A stretch of DNA of 64,000 bases from an uncultured Candidatus Saccharibacteria bacterium (lineage in GTDB: Bacteria; Patescibacteriota; Minisyncoccia; Phycocordibacterales; UBA9973), in NCBI GenBank assembly GCA_964423445.1, contig CAYREQ010000003.1, positions 821 through 64,820 on the forward strand. The letters are read 5' to 3'. Position 1 is the stretch's first letter. Every line of letters begins with the position of its first letter. A program made the position numbers and the translations under genes. A model generated the notes under the pieces. It ran no database searches, was not told the DNA's origin, and saw nothing but the letters and a program-made list of their open reading frames with translations. This document shows positions 62,891 to 64,000 of the stretch, one piece after another.

Positions 62891-64000
62891 TATTCTCTCA
62901 TAGACACTTGCGCGTCTACTTTTTTCATTAGATCTAGAACTACAGAGACTACGATGAGGACAGAAGTACCTCCTATCGCTAGAGAAGAAATACCTGTGAT
63001 GTGTTGCATGATTATAGGTAATACAGCTATAAAGCCCAAGAATACTGCTCCAAGTAGCGTGATGCGAGTAAGCACGTGTGAGATGTAATTTGAAGTAGAA
63101 ACTCCTGGACGGACACCTGGAATAAATGCACCGTTTTTCTGAAGATTTGTAGAAAGAGCTTCAGGGTCAAATGTCACTGCAGTGTAGAAGTAAGTAAATA
63201 GGAATACCAATACAAAGTATAGTACTGCATAAAGCACAGTAGTGTTATTAAACTTCAACAAAAATGCAGAAACTTTTAAAACAATAGGGTGGCTCAATTT
63301 AGACAAGACAGTACCAATCATTTGTGGGAAAGATAATATAGCCAAACCGAAGATTATTGGAATAACTCCTGCTTGGTTTACACGTAGTGGAAGATATGTA
63401 GAGCCTCCACCATACATCTTCATACCACGGACACGTTTTGCATAAGTGACAGGTATAGGGCGTTCAGCTTCAGTGACGAGCACGATAGCTGCTATGATTA
63501 TAAGACCAGCCACCAAGAAACCAATGTAAAGTGGAGCTTGTGATGCATCAAAAGTAAATAGAAGCTGACTGACTTTTGCAGGAAGAGCAGACACGATACC
63601 AGCAAAGATTATAAGTGATACACCATTACCGATACCAAATTCTGATACTAGCTCACCTAGCCACATAAGTAATACTGAACCAGCTATGACGATAAATAGG
63701 TTCACAATTCTATCAAAACTTGTAAGATCTACTAAGATACCTTGATTCTCTAATATAGATAAAAGTGCAAAGCCTTGAATACCTGCAAGTGGAATAGTAA
63801 GAAGTCTAGAGTATTGAGTAAATCTCTTTCGTCCTGCCTCCCCTTCCTCGTGGTAAATTCTCTTTAAAGCAGGGACCATGATAGTGAGAAGTTGCATGAT
63901 GATTGAACCAGTAATGTATGGACCAACACCGAGCATGATTATAGATAAATTAGTTAGCCCTCCTCCAGAGAATATGTTTAATATCCCTAGAAATTGATTG
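62887..64000 (-). CDS. secY: preprotein translocase subunit SecY (5' end beyond window)
   Basis: The frame stays open to the window edge. Translation ...FSGGGLTNLSIIMLGVGPYITGSIIMQLLT matches the conserved SecY TM2 region. The ORF-track Met at 63936 is internal. Confidence 0.85.
   Translation of the reverse strand, partial: NQFLGILNIFSGGGLTNLSIIMLGVGPYITGSIIMQLLTIMVPALKRIYHEEGEAGRKRFTQYSRLLTIPLAGIQGFALLSILENQGILVDLTSFDRIVNLFIVIAGSVLLMWLGELVSEFGIGNGVSLIIFAGIVSALPAKVSQLLFTFDASQAPLYIGFLVAGLIIIAAIVLVTEAERPIPVTYAKRVRGMKMYGGGSTYLPLRVNQAGVIPIIFGLAILSFPQMIGTVLSKLSHPIVLKVSAFLLKFNNTTVLYAVLYFVLVFLFTYFYTAVTFDPEALSTNLQKNGAFIPGVRPGVSTSNYISHVLTRITLLGAVFLGFIAVLPIIMQHITGISSLAIGGTSVLIVVSVVLDLMKKVDAQVSMREY

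Noticed and set aside
1-64000. CRISPR arrays, rRNA genes, IS elements/transposases, integrases
   Set aside because: No regularly spaced short direct repeats were found, and no rRNA-like conserved blocks. No ORF shows DDE-transposase, tyrosine-recombinase or serine-recombinase motifs. The only duplicated genes are the DUF45 pair and the microprotein pair.
1-64000. Alternative genetic code (UGA read as an amino acid, as in some CPR)
   Set aside because: An RF2 with an SPF motif is encoded, and conserved genes (pyrG, ftsH, recG and others) end at TGA/TAA/TAG at the expected lengths under the standard code.

Overview
The window is AT-rich and gene-dense, with small proteins, many membrane-anchored hypotheticals, archaeal-type kinases and a single-copy SecY–Adk–Map cluster. 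This looks like a Patescibacteria/CPR-like bacterium using the standard genetic code (an RF2 with an SPF motif is present and UGA is used as a stop). Housekeeping genes include pyk (partial), gpmA, msrA, secG, RNase J, pyrG, ftsEX, prfB, recG, ftsH, smpB with a tmRNA, infC–rpmI–rplT, ndk, map, adk, cmk and secY (partial). Six tRNAs are present: Gln-CTG, Thr-CGT, Thr-GGT, Asp-GTC, Met-CAT and an unusual Ile-TAT. The accessory content worth attention is:
- A roughly 6 kb island flanked by two about 80 percent identical DUF45/YgjP-like metallopeptidase paralogs. It carries a tightly coupled operon of two SPPY-motif DNA methyltransferases, a 571-aa candidate Type IIS restriction endonuclease with a C-terminal PD-(D/E)xK-like motif, a 134-aa protein, a DUF1905 protein and an AlkA-like HhH-GPD DNA glycosylase.
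- A vitamin B12 salvage theme. A cobalamin riboswitch with a terminator expression platform drives two DUF4430 (transcobalamin-like) proteins, one of them fused to an alpha/alpha-toroid repeat domain. Elsewhere sits a B12-dependent class II RNR (nrdJ-like) operon with a PduO-type cobalamin adenosyltransferase and a small six-TM membrane protein that may be an uptake component.
- Two paralogous unannotated microprotein genes of about 54 aa flanking an MscS–ChrR-like–ArsR cassette.
- Two promoter-to-intrinsic-terminator leader/sRNA candidates.
- Recurring palindromic motifs in promoter regions.
- A VirB4/T4CP-like 923-aa ATPase sitting where infA normally follows map.
No CRISPR array, rRNA gene or transposase was seen.
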